Origin: Prevotella sp.
GTDB taxonomy: Bacteria; Bacteroidota; Bacteroidia; Bacteroidales; Bacteroidaceae
DNA length: 64,000 nt
Assembly (NCBI RefSeq): GCF_036570325.1
Contig: NZ_DATCYK010000028.1
Coordinates: forward strand, 11,526-75,525
Direction: 5' to 3'
Below, piece by piece: positions 31,165-39,830 of the stretch. Each line of letters starts with the position of its first letter. Position 1 is the first letter of the stretch. The position numbers and the translations under genes were made by a program. The notes below the pieces were generated by a model, which was not told where the DNA came from, ran no database searches, and worked only from the letters and a program-made list of their open reading frames with translations.

Positions 31165-31571
31165 TACGAAAAAGCGTGGGAGACTTACAGTTACCCGTCC
31201 CACGATCTTGAGGTCTTCGCATTACCCGACATAGTTGAACGAGCAACGAGACCCCACGCCGATATGAAAAAGCATTATACACCTATACACCCCATCTTTG
31301 CCATGTCTGCAAATGAGCAGAATGGGCATAACGAGGCTATAGGGCAGAATACATTAATTCACACCCATGGGCATCTACCGTTGCTATGTTCTTGACTATG
31401 TCTGGAAGTTTGCGAAGTTTCAAGATCGTCAAGGACAAAGCGCATGTAAACGCCTTACCATATATAAATAGTCCCCACACCGGCAATTTTGTCTCATCAG
31501 ACGTTTTGCCCTTTCCCTGCACCATTCTGTTAACAGAAGAGGCCATCGGCGTGGAAACTTTTACAAAGATA
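31165..31571 (-). promoter_or_regulatory. Putative long structured 5' leader / attenuator
   Basis: promoter box TATCTTTG at 31564-31571; inverted repeats 31197-31249/31379-31436 and 31254-31263/31545-31554; gcgtggg...cccacgc followed by TTTTT. Confidence 0.55.
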
Positions 31572-31720
31572 AGAATTATATTTATAATAACATGAGTTCT
31601 ACGAATTATAATTGCTGAAACATTTATATGACAGACGGCTTCAGCAAGTTTTTTGATTAAATGACAGAAAAATAGGCAGTTATACCGTCAAAATAAGCAG
31701 TCGTTATTGACTTATGATAC

Positions 31721-31795
31721 AAAAACAAATCAGCCGCATCTATCTTTAGATGCGGCTGACTTGCTGTTTAGGAAGCAAAGGATTGCGACTTCCTT
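31721..31795. repeat. Right hairpin direct repeat of the AT-rich island
   Basis: aaacaaatcagccgcatcta-tctt-tagatgcggctgacttgctgttta...cgacttcctt. Confidence 0.9.
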
Positions 31796-31868
31796 TCTAT
31801 GAATATGGGTTTAATGCTTCTTAAGAAGCCCACTTCCGCGGGGTCATAACAGCCCGGTGGCGGGGGCA

Positions 31869-32978
31869 TTAAGCCTTTTCAAAGGCCTCGGCCTCGGCTT
31901 GGGCGATGATGTCCTCACGGCTCATGCGCTGGGCACTGATGTCGCTCAGGTCGAACTCTTCATCGGCTTGACGGGCCGTGGAGGGCGGAGCGGCCTCTTT
32001 CTCGGCCTTGGCGGCTACCATTTCGTTGCTCGAGCGGTACATGGGTGACCGGCGGCTGCGGCGCGAGTCGTCCTTATATACCGTTTCGCTGAAGGCCGTG
32101 GTGTGCTTCTCCTCTACCTTCGGCTCGGCCGCTTGGCTGATGATGAAGTCTTCCTTCTGCTCGGTGGCGGGCACGTTCTGCACGGGTTCCTCCTCCATCT
32201 TGGTGCGGTTGGCCTTGGCGGCGAAGACGCTGTCGATGAATTGTGGCTCCTTGCGCAGTTTCTCCAAGGTGAGCTTGGCGGCTTTCTGCTGGCTTTCTTT
32301 CTTGCTGTAGCCGGTCCCGGCACAGCCCTTGATACCTTCGAGCACCACACGATAGTTGAAAATGGGACTTCCGTTCTCGTCGGTTTGCTCGTCGACGCTC
32401 TCAAATCCCATTTTCACCCGGTTCTTCTGGCTCCACTCTATGAGCTTGCTCTTGAAGTTGACCTCCTTGTACGCCACCTTGTCTATGTTGATGATTTCCT
32501 TGAGCACACGGTCTCTCATGAAGCGCATGCAGGCGTTGTAGCCGCGGTCCAAGTAGATGGCGCCCACCAAGGCCTCGAAGGCGTTGCCGCCCATGTAGCT
32601 GTTGTGGGACGAGCTTCGGCCGTTGCTCAGTATCAGTCGACTGATACCCATTTCCTTGGCCAGCCGGTTGAGCGTGTCGCGCTGTACCAGTTTGGAGCGT
32701 GTATTGGTGAGAAAACCCTCTCGTTTGCCGGGAAAATGTTGGTAGACGATGTCGCCCACGATGGCGTCGAGGATGGCGTCGCCCAAGAATTCGAGCCGCT
32801 CGTTGTTGACGGGCTTGCCTTTGGCGTTGCGACGCATGACGCTCTTGTGCATCAGGGCCAGCTTGTAGTAGCTGATGTCGTGGGGAAAGAAGCCTATAAT
32901 CTCGTATAAAGACAAATAAAGCTCCTTATCCTTGCGGAAAGGGAGCTTTATTCTATCAATGATGTTACTACTCAGCAT
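31869..32978 (-). CDS. rnc: Ribonuclease III with long acidic C-terminal extension
   Basis: NERLEFLGDAIL, GNAFEALVGAIYLD, dsRBD NFKSKLIEW...GYSKKESQQKAA. Confidence 0.95.
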   Translation of the reverse strand: MLSSNIIDRIKLPFRKDKELYLSLYEIIGFFPHDISYYKLALMHKSVMRRNAKGKPVNNERLEFLGDAILDAIVGDIVYQHFPGKREGFLTNTRSKLVQRDTLNRLAKEMGISRLILSNGRSSSHNSYMGGNAFEALVGAIYLDRGYNACMRFMRDRVLKEIINIDKVAYKEVNFKSKLIEWSQKNRVKMGFESVDEQTDENGSPIFNYRVVLEGIKGCAGTGYSKKESQQKAAKLTLEKLRKEPQFIDSVFAAKANRTKMEEEPVQNVPATEQKEDFIISQAAEPKVEEKHTTAFSETVYKDDSRRSRRSPMYRSSNEMVAAKAEKEAAPPSTARQADEEFDLSDISAQRMSREDIIAQAEAEAFEKA

Positions 32979-34230
32979 ACTTCTTGAATACTACGCAGCA
33001 GTTGTGTCCACCGAAGCCGAAGGTGTTGCTCAGGGCAGCACGTACCTCGCGCTTCTGGGCCTTGTTGAAGGTGAAATTCATGTTGTAGTCGAGTTGCTCG
33101 TCATTGTCGCCTTCCTCGTGGTTGATGGTTGGCGGAATGATGTCGTTCTGTACGGAGAGCACACATACCATGGCTTCCACCGCTCCGGCTGCTCCGAGGA
33201 GGTGACCGGTCATACTCTTGGTGGAGCTGATGTTGAGCTTGTAGGCGTGGTCGCCGAAAACGTCCTTGATGGCCTTGGCCTCCGACACGTCGCCCACGGG
33301 TGTCGATGTGCCGTGAACGTTGATGTAGTCGATGTCCTCGGGCTTCAAGCCGGCGTCCTCGAGGGCGTTGAGCATTACGAGTTTCGCTCCGAGACCCTCG
33401 GGATGTGAGGCGGTGATGTGGTGCGCATCGGCACTTGCGCCCTCGCCTACCATCTCGGCGTAGATCTTAGCGCCGCGGGCCTTGGCGTGCTCGAGCTCTT
33501 CGAGGATGAGACAGCCTGCTCCCTCGCCCATGATAAAACCGTCGCGGCTGGCGCTGAATGGGCGGCTGGCGTGCTCCGGGTCGTCATTGCGGGTCGAAAG
33601 GGCGTGCATGGCGTTGAAACCTCCTACTCCACACTCGCAGATAGCTGCCTCGGCACCACCGGTAACGATGACGTTGGCCTTGCCCAAGCGTATGAGGTTG
33701 AAGGCGTCGGCCACGGCGTTGCTCGACGAGGCGCAGGCGCTGGTGGTGGTATAGTTAGGTCCGTGGAACCCAAAGTGAATGCTGATTTGGCCTGAGGCGA
33801 TGTCGGCTATCATCTTTGGGATGAAGAAGGGGTTGAACTTAGGACCGTCGGCCATGTGCTGACCGTAGTAAGTCACTTCGTCTTGGAATGTCTTGATACC
33901 GCCGATACCTACGCCGTAAACGACGCCTATGCGGTTTCTGTCTTCTTTTTCCAAGTCAAGGCCGGCGTCTTTCACGCCCTGCATGGCGCTGATCATGGCC
34001 AACTGGCAGTAGCGGTCCATCTTGCGAACTTCCTTGCGGTCGATGTATTCGGTGACGTTAAGGTTTTTCACCTCGCAGGCGAACTGGGTCTTGAAATTGG
34101 TTGCGTCGAATTGTGCAATAGGCGCGGCTCCGCTTTTTCCGGCCAGCAGGTTAGCCCATGTTTCCTCGGGGGTATTACCTACGGGCGTAACGGCGCCGAG
34201 GCCTGTTACTACTACTCTCTTTAATTCCAT
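32968..34230 (-). CDS. fabF: 3-oxoacyl-ACP synthase II
   Basis: TSACASS catalytic Cys, NVHGTST, KSMTGHLLGAAG, SNTFGFGGHN. Confidence 0.97.
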   Translation of the reverse strand: MELKRVVVTGLGAVTPVGNTPEETWANLLAGKSGAAPIAQFDATNFKTQFACEVKNLNVTEYIDRKEVRKMDRYCQLAMISAMQGVKDAGLDLEKEDRNRIGVVYGVGIGGIKTFQDEVTYYGQHMADGPKFNPFFIPKMIADIASGQISIHFGFHGPNYTTTSACASSSNAVADAFNLIRLGKANVIVTGGAEAAICECGVGGFNAMHALSTRNDDPEHASRPFSASRDGFIMGEGAGCLILEELEHAKARGAKIYAEMVGEGASADAHHITASHPEGLGAKLVMLNALEDAGLKPEDIDYINVHGTSTPVGDVSEAKAIKDVFGDHAYKLNISSTKSMTGHLLGAAGAVEAMVCVLSVQNDIIPPTINHEEGDNDEQLDYNMNFTFNKAQKREVRAALSNTFGFGGHNCCVVFKKYAE

Positions 34231-34252
34231 TTAATTAAAATGTTAATTAGGA

Positions 34253-34334
34253 ATTAGGGATTAGTGATCAGAACCTCACATCGCAACAAGCATGTTGATG
34301 TGCCGGTCCAAATCCTTAATCACTAATCCCTAAT
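34253..34334 (-). promoter_or_regulatory. Long intercistronic stem-loop between acpP and fabF
   Basis: perfect 16-bp attagggattagtgat / atcactaatccctaat with inner cacatc/gatgtg stem. Confidence 0.7.
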
Positions 34335-34362
34335 CGTATAAAAAAATAAAAGCTTCGGCTAA

Positions 34363-34599
34363 TTACTTAGCGTTCTCTGCGATGTAATTAATAGCGTCGC
34401 CAACAGTCTGGATAGTCTCAGCCTTGTCGTCGGGAATTGAAATACCGAATTCCTTCTCGAATTCCATGATCAATTCTACTGTATCAAGTGAGTCGGCGCC
34501 AAGATCGTTTGTGAAACTTGCTTCCGGCTTAACTTCAGCCTCGTCAACACCGAGTTTGTCCACGATAATAGCCTTTACTTTGCTTTCAATTTCTGACAT
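34363..34599 (-). CDS. acpP: Acyl carrier protein
   Basis: [14 protein letters not shown] phosphopantetheine site. Confidence 0.98.
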   Translation of the reverse strand: MSEIESKVKAIIVDKLGVDEAEVKPEASFTNDLGADSLDTVELIMEFEKEFGISIPDDKAETIQTVGDAINYIAENAK

Positions 34600-34850
34600 A
34601 ATTGTAACTTTTAAATTGGTTTATAAATAATTATCTTATTAAAAATTCGGGTGCAAAGAAACAACTTTTTCTTCAAAGTTGCAAATATTTCTTTTAAAAA
34701 AGCGCCTCGCATTGCACAAACACCCCCCTACTGTGCATTATTTGGGGCCGTTTTAAGGCTAAATTCCAAAAAATCAGGCGGTTAGATAATTATCTTTTGA
34801 GAAATGGTTTCGGCGCCCCGGCGACATGCCATAGGCGGGGTTGGCGGCTG

Positions 34851-35906
34851 TCAGCGCAGGGGTCGGTTGATGACTCGCTCCACTCTGTTGATTACCAGCT
34901 CGGGGGAGATATTCTTCAGGCAGGCATAGTCGCCCCTCAGGCAGGGCTTGTTGCCGTAAATGGAGCAGGGACGGCAGGGCAGGTCTATCTGCACGGCGTT
35001 GTCGAGGCTCTGTTTCCACCCCATGAAACCGGCGAAAGGATGGGTCGCCCCCCAAACGCTTACCACGGGAATGCCCGTGAGCGAGGCCAAGTGCATATTG
35101 CCGCTATCCATGCTGATCATCGCGTCGAGGTGGCTCATGAGTATCAATTCGTTACCCATACCGCCGAGCAGGGCCGACGCGTTAAGGCAATTGGGGTATT
35201 TCGAAGCCCACTCGTCGAGCACGGTTTTCTCGCGCCCGCCGCCCCCAAAGAGGAATATGCGGCACGAGGGATGGCGCCTGATGAGCTCGGCCATGACTTT
35301 CTCGGTATGGCCCTCGGGGTAAATCTTGCCCTTGTGGGCGGCAAAGGGCGCTATGCCTATCCACTGCTGAAAGGCTTTCTTCTCACCGATGACGCCCGGC
35401 AGGAGCCGCAGGTTACCGCCCTCGGGTGGGAATATGCTGGTGAAACTCATCGCCACGGGATAGCCCAAGCGGGCCAACACGTCGAGGTAGTTCTTGAAAA
35501 CGGTGGGCTGTTGCACCATCACCTTGTCCTCACTCCTCACGAGCAAGCGCTTGCCACGGCGGTGCTTGTCGATATGGGCCACGCGAAAGCCGCCCAGATT
35601 GAACCGCAACCTGAGATAATTTGACCTTAATATATTATGGAAATCGGCCACGGCCGTGATGTTCTTGGCCAACAGCCGCCGATAGAGCTTGTTGAGTCCG
35701 TGCAGCCCGGCGTACTCATTCTTCACGTCGGCGCCCATGAATCCCACGTTGGGTGCCAAGTTCTCGAAGAACACACGGGCAAAAGGACGGCTCAACACCG
35801 TGATGCGCAGGTCGGGATATTGCCGGGCCAGCGACGCCACTACGGGCACGGCCATGGCCACGTCGCCCAAGGCCGAGAAGCGAATAATCAGCAAATGTTC
35901 TTTCAT
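34851..35906 (-). CDS. Glycosyltransferase family 9
   Basis: LIIRFSALGDVAM, DSGNMHLA, WGATHP; start moved to MKEHLL. Confidence 0.9.
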   Translation of the reverse strand: MKEHLLIIRFSALGDVAMAVPVVASLARQYPDLRITVLSRPFARVFFENLAPNVGFMGADVKNEYAGLHGLNKLYRRLLAKNITAVADFHNILRSNYLRLRFNLGGFRVAHIDKHRRGKRLLVRSEDKVMVQQPTVFKNYLDVLARLGYPVAMSFTSIFPPEGGNLRLLPGVIGEKKAFQQWIGIAPFAAHKGKIYPEGHTEKVMAELIRRHPSCRIFLFGGGGREKTVLDEWASKYPNCLNASALLGGMGNELILMSHLDAMISMDSGNMHLASLTGIPVVSVWGATHPFAGFMGWKQSLDNAVQIDLPCRPCSIYGNKPCLRGDYACLKNISPELVINRVERVINRPLR

Positions 35907-35919
35907 AAGGTGGAGATTG

Positions 35920-36010
35920 GTAGTTGAGGAGTTGGGGGGTTGAGGGGATGAATGGTTTGTTTTAAGATGAGGGAGTGGCAATGCCGCTCCTTATCCCCCA
36001 ACTCCTCACC
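35920..36010. repeat. Family B unit and GAGYGGC-AAT-GCCGCTC hairpin
   Basis: agttgaggagttggggggttgaggggatgaatggtt; ggcaatgccgctccttatcccc recurs at 43622-43644. Confidence 0.7.
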
Positions 36011-36018
36011 CCACAACC

Positions 36019-36621
36019 TTACTTCTTATAAAGTACGGGGTTAGTGGCGGGGTCGTTATACATCTTCATCTGACGATACACCTTCATGTATTTACGTCCT
36101 TGCTCAATGTCCTCAAGGAGCTGGTCGATGGCCGTCGAGAGGTCCACCTGCTGTTCCAAGAGCACGGCCAGCTTGGCGGCGCACTTCGAGCGATGGTCTT
36201 CCGTGGCGTCGGTACGCTCGGCCTGCTCACGCATGTGGTAAATCTTCAATGCCAGAATACTCAGACGGTCCACTGCCCACGCCGGGCTCTCGGTGTTGAT
36301 GCGGGCATCGGGCAAAACCTGCACGTCGCTGTACTTCTGTCGGAAGTAGCTGTCTATCTGTTCAACCAAGTCCGTGCGGTCCTGATTGCTGCGGTCTATG
36401 CGCCGCTTCAGGCCCAAAGCCTCCACCGGGTCGATATGAGGATCGCGGATGATGTCCTCAAAATGCCACTGCACCGTGTCTATCCAACACTTCAGATACA
36501 AGCGGTTCTCAATAGAGTCGCGCTCATAAGGATTATTGATAGGGGTTTCAATGTTGTCTTTCACATGGTAATCGGCAATCGCCTTGTTAAAGATTTCGTT
36601 GCAAGTTTCTGTAAAAGTCAT
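36019..36621 (-). CDS. DUF4254-like protein
   Basis: KCWIDTVQWHFEDIIR, RRIDRSNQDRTD, ESPAWAVDRLSIL; usual partner of GT9 in Bacteroidetes (from memory). Confidence 0.8.
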   Translation of the reverse strand: MTFTETCNEIFNKAIADYHVKDNIETPINNPYERDSIENRLYLKCWIDTVQWHFEDIIRDPHIDPVEALGLKRRIDRSNQDRTDLVEQIDSYFRQKYSDVQVLPDARINTESPAWAVDRLSILALKIYHMREQAERTDATEDHRSKCAAKLAVLLEQQVDLSTAIDQLLEDIEQGRKYMKVYRQMKMYNDPATNPVLYKK

Positions 36622-36779
36622 TGTATTCAGATTTTTAATTATTATGCAAATGTAAAGATTATTTTCTATACTTCCAAATGTTTCCCACCATTAATCTTCG
36701 CCTTTTTCAGCCTAAAAAGCGATAGCCAATCCCGTCATGTGACAGAATCCGGATTTTCATGGAATATATATAAATCTTC

Positions 36780-37310
36780 AATGGAATAGAATCATTCTTT
36801 TCATGCGATGTATATAATCCTCTTACCTGATATAATTTATCTTTTCTCCTATTATATATAATAAGGTAAACAGCCCACACCCCCACGCCTCAATCGTTTT
36901 CCCCATCTTCCGAGTTATCCACAAAAAGTGTGGATAACCCTGTTGAAAACCTTCTCATAAGCCCGTTGATAACTTGGTGCATATCCACACCCATCAGGTC
37001 GGAGGGCCGTCACCGTGGATATCCACAGCTTTATCCCGCGGTATTCATTGAGTTTTCAACCGTTTTTCAGCCAAAAAAGTTATCAACTTATCAACGCTTC
37101 GGGATTGTCCCCATTATTGTGGAAAACCATTCCAACCCATTGATTATCACTCAATAGATATTGCTCCAAGCAGTGGAAAGCCCTTTCTCCCGTGTTAATA
37201 GTTAAACTACCAAATTTTTACTCCTAAAGTTATGAACATATCCACAGCCTATCATCTTACTCTTTTTTTTATTCTTTAAAGAAAGAAAAGTAAATAAGAT
37301 AATAATGAGT
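36780..37310. other. Probable chromosomal replication origin (oriC)
   Basis: perfect DnaA boxes TTATCCACA 36915-36923 and TGTGGATAA 36929-36937; near-matches at 36964, 36981, 37014/37019, 37031, 37080, 37088, 37118, 37238; AT-rich tracts on both sides; gene-free. Confidence 0.8.
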
Positions 37311-37322
37311 TGGGGAGAAATG

Positions 37323-37455
37323 GGTTGGTGGTTGGGAAGTTGGGGGGATGAATGGTTTGATAATAAGGTTGGTGGTTGGGAGGTTGGGGGGATGAATAGT
37401 TTGAGAATAAGGTTGGTGGTTGGGAGGTTGAGGGGATGAATAATTTGTTGAGAAG
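37323..37455 (+). repeat. Three tandem 44-bp G-rich units (family B)
   Basis: ggttggtggttggga starts at 37323, 37367 and 37411. Confidence 0.9.
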
Positions 37456-37490
37456 GTGATGAGTTGTAGGTTTTGCGGCTTTTGCCGTAA

Positions 37491-37692
37491 CGGTCTGATT
37501 AGTCTGACTGGTCCGACTTGTCTGATTATCCCCCGCCATTAAATAAAGTCTCTGCCAATCTCCGCCAGATTATCCCCGAAGTAAAAATAAAGTTTCTGCC
37601 AATCTTCATCTGTTAAAAGCTATGCAATCATCAGGTCAAAGGCCCACTTCGGCCCGGTCAATCGCCCACTTCGGCCCGGTCAATCGCCCACT
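37491..37692. repeat. Family A array, 44-bp-spaced duplication and 22-bp tandem repeat
   Basis: gattatcccc..taaagt(c/t)tctgccaatct at 37524 and 37568; cccacttcggcccggtcaatcg x2.3 from 37643. Confidence 0.8.
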
Positions 37693-37768
37693 CTTGCGCC
37701 GCCACCGGCAATAAACGCTAAATCGGTGGATGTTTCGCAAAATCTAAAAATATCTGTCCGAAAAATAT

Positions 37769-37952
37769 TATCTTTGTAAACAAGTAGCGAAAACGATGGT
37801 AAAAACCGAACCCAAAAGCACGGCGAAACCCGATTGAAGAACGGGCTCATTGACCACATGAAGCAGCTTCTTCTTGGAAAATAAAAAGCCATGAGCTGCC
37901 ACCATCATCGCTCCTCCTCCCTCACCCACCCTTAAATACAACAGACATAAAT
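37769..37952 (+). promoter_or_regulatory. nadA promoter box and ~175-nt structured leader
   Basis: TATCTTTG at 37769-37776; pairings agcga/tcgct, gatggt/accatc, gctcat/atgagc, cccg/cggg. Confidence 0.5.
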
Positions 37953-38945
37953 ATGAATATCAAGCAAGAATGGAAAGAACGGGGCTTCATTGACGAGCCC
38001 ATCGACGAGCAAATGGATTTAAAGGGCGAGATAAAACGCCTCTGCCGTGAGAAAGACGCCATCATTCTGGCCCATTACTACACCGTGGGCGAGATACAAG
38101 AGATAGCCCATTTCGTGGGCGACTCGCTGGCCTTGGCCCGCAAGGCCGCCGAAACCGAGGCACGGGTGATGGTCATGTGCGGCGTGCATTTCATGGCCGA
38201 GACCTGCAAACTGCTCTCACCCGATAAGACGGTGCTCTGCCCCGACCTCACGGCGGGCTGCTCCTTGGCCGACAGTTGCGGCGCCGACGACCTCAGACAG
38301 TTCAAGGCCGACCATCCCGGTTACCAAGTCATCAGCTACGTCAACACCACCGCCGCCGTGAAAGCCCTGACCGACTGTGTCGTCACCAGCGGCAACGCCA
38401 AGCGCGTGGTCGACAGTTTCCCGGCCGACGCCAAGCTCATTTTCGGTCCCGATTACAACCTCGGCAACTACATCAACAGCGTCACGGGCCGACAGATGTT
38501 GCTCTGGAACGGCGGCTGTCACGTGCATGAGAAGTTCAGCGTGGCCGAAATCGCACGGCTCCGCCGGCTCCATCCCGACGCCATCGTCATGGCCCACTTG
38601 GAGTGCAAGGCCCCCGTCTTGGCCTTGGCCGACGTCAAAGGCTCCACCGCCGACATGCTCCGCTACGCCGCCGAGCACCCCGAGCAGCGCCAATACATCG
38701 TCGCCACCGAGGCCGGCATACTCCATGAGCTGGAGCGTACCTGCCCCGAGGCCACCTTCATTCCCGTGCCTCCCGAAGTGACCGAGGGCGGACCGGCCTG
38801 CAGTTGCAACGAGTGCGAGTACATGAAAAAGAACACCCTGCGCAAAATCTACCTCACGTTGAAATACGGATGGCCCACCGTCGAAATCGATCCCGCCATC
38901 GCCCGCGACGCCGTGAAGCCCATCGAGCGCATGCTGAAGCTCTGA
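37953..38945 (+). CDS. nadA: Quinolinate synthase A
   Basis: ILAHYY, VGDSLAL, MCGVHFMAET, AGCSLAD, YVNT, CHVHE, C-terminal CSCNECEYMK. Confidence 0.96.
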   Translation: MNIKQEWKERGFIDEPIDEQMDLKGEIKRLCREKDAIILAHYYTVGEIQEIAHFVGDSLALARKAAETEARVMVMCGVHFMAETCKLLSPDKTVLCPDLTAGCSLADSCGADDLRQFKADHPGYQVISYVNTTAAVKALTDCVVTSGNAKRVVDSFPADAKLIFGPDYNLGNYINSVTGRQMLLWNGGCHVHEKFSVAEIARLRRLHPDAIVMAHLECKAPVLALADVKGSTADMLRYAAEHPEQRQYIVATEAGILHELERTCPEATFIPVPPEVTEGGPACSCNECEYMKKNTLRKIYLTLKYGWPTVEIDPAIARDAVKPIERMLKL

Positions 38946-39029
38946 ATCGTCATGCCCCGGCGCTCTGCTTCTCCTCTCAACAATACGGGTTTCCGCCCCG
39001 CCGGCCCTCTTTCGGAGCGTAAAAAAACA

Positions 39030-39830
39030 TCGTATATAAATAAGGAGGAAAACATTTCGCTCCCTAAATCAGATAGATTGATAGGGCAAAGAGCTATGTC
39101 TTTCAATAAAAAAGCAGACGGTTCGTTTTCTAAATCGGCCGAATGGATAGGGCAAGGAGCTATGTCTTTAAATAAAGAAGCAGCTGGTTCGCTCTTTAAA
39201 TCGGCCGAGTTAATTGGGCAAAGAGCTACATTTTTCAATAAAAAAGCAGCCGGTTCGCTCCCTAAATCGGCCGAATGGATAGGGCTAAGAGATACATCTT
39301 TAAATGAAGAAGCAGCCGGTTCGCTCTCCTAAATCGGCCGAATGGATAGGGTAAAGAAATACGTCTTTAAATAAAAAAGCAGACGGTTCGCTCTCCAAAT
39401 CGGATGGAATTCTGACGCAGGAGGATTGGAATTTGAATAAGAATAGTTCTCTTTTCTCAAACAATTCCGCTGAAATCATCGGGCAAGAAAATTAGGATTT
39501 GAATAAAGAAGGATATATTTTCCTCGCTAAATCGAATAGCTCCATCGGGCTAAAAACTCAATATTCGAGCATGGAATCATCCTTTTCTCGAAGCAAGACA
39601 AATAAAGTCATCGGGCTAAAAACTCAATATTTGAGCGAGGAACCATGCTTTTCTCAAAGCAAGACAAATAAAGTCATCGGGCTAAAAACTCACTATTCGA
39701 GCATGGCCCCATATATATCTCAAAACAAGATAAATTAAACCATCGGGTAAGAACATAAAAAATTGAAAACAGAAGAATCATTTTCTCAAAATAATTCCCC
39801 TTTGATTGAGGGTGAAAATCAAATTTTACA
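39030..39830 (+). repeat. Degenerate tandem array of about 12 x 66-bp units
   Basis: unit starts at 39056, 39122, 39188, 39254, 39320, 39387; atcggg anchors at 39478, 39544, 39610, 39676, 39742; reads as 22-aa repeats. Confidence 0.9.

Larger units (their letters stand above)
28878..31795. mobile_element. AT-rich integrase-less genomic islet between convergent rnr and rnc
   Basis: abrupt drop in GC, ~75-bp direct repeats at both ends, four minus-strand accessory ORFs. Confidence 0.7.

Noticed and set aside
31197-31436. Invertible promoter
   Set aside because: Inverted repeats are too imperfect for site-specific inversion, and the consensus promoter box lies outside them
28878-31795. Canonical integron (attC sites)
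   Set aside because: No intI, and the ends do not fit RYYYAAC...GTTRRRY; kept only as an analogy
25350-37539. Small ORFs such as 25350-25625, 26086-26322, 36930-37157 and 37276-37539
   Set aside because: Translations of repeat arrays or origin DNA
39030-39830. CRISPR array
   Set aside because: Whole 66-bp units are mutually homologous, with no constant repeat and unique spacers and no cas genes
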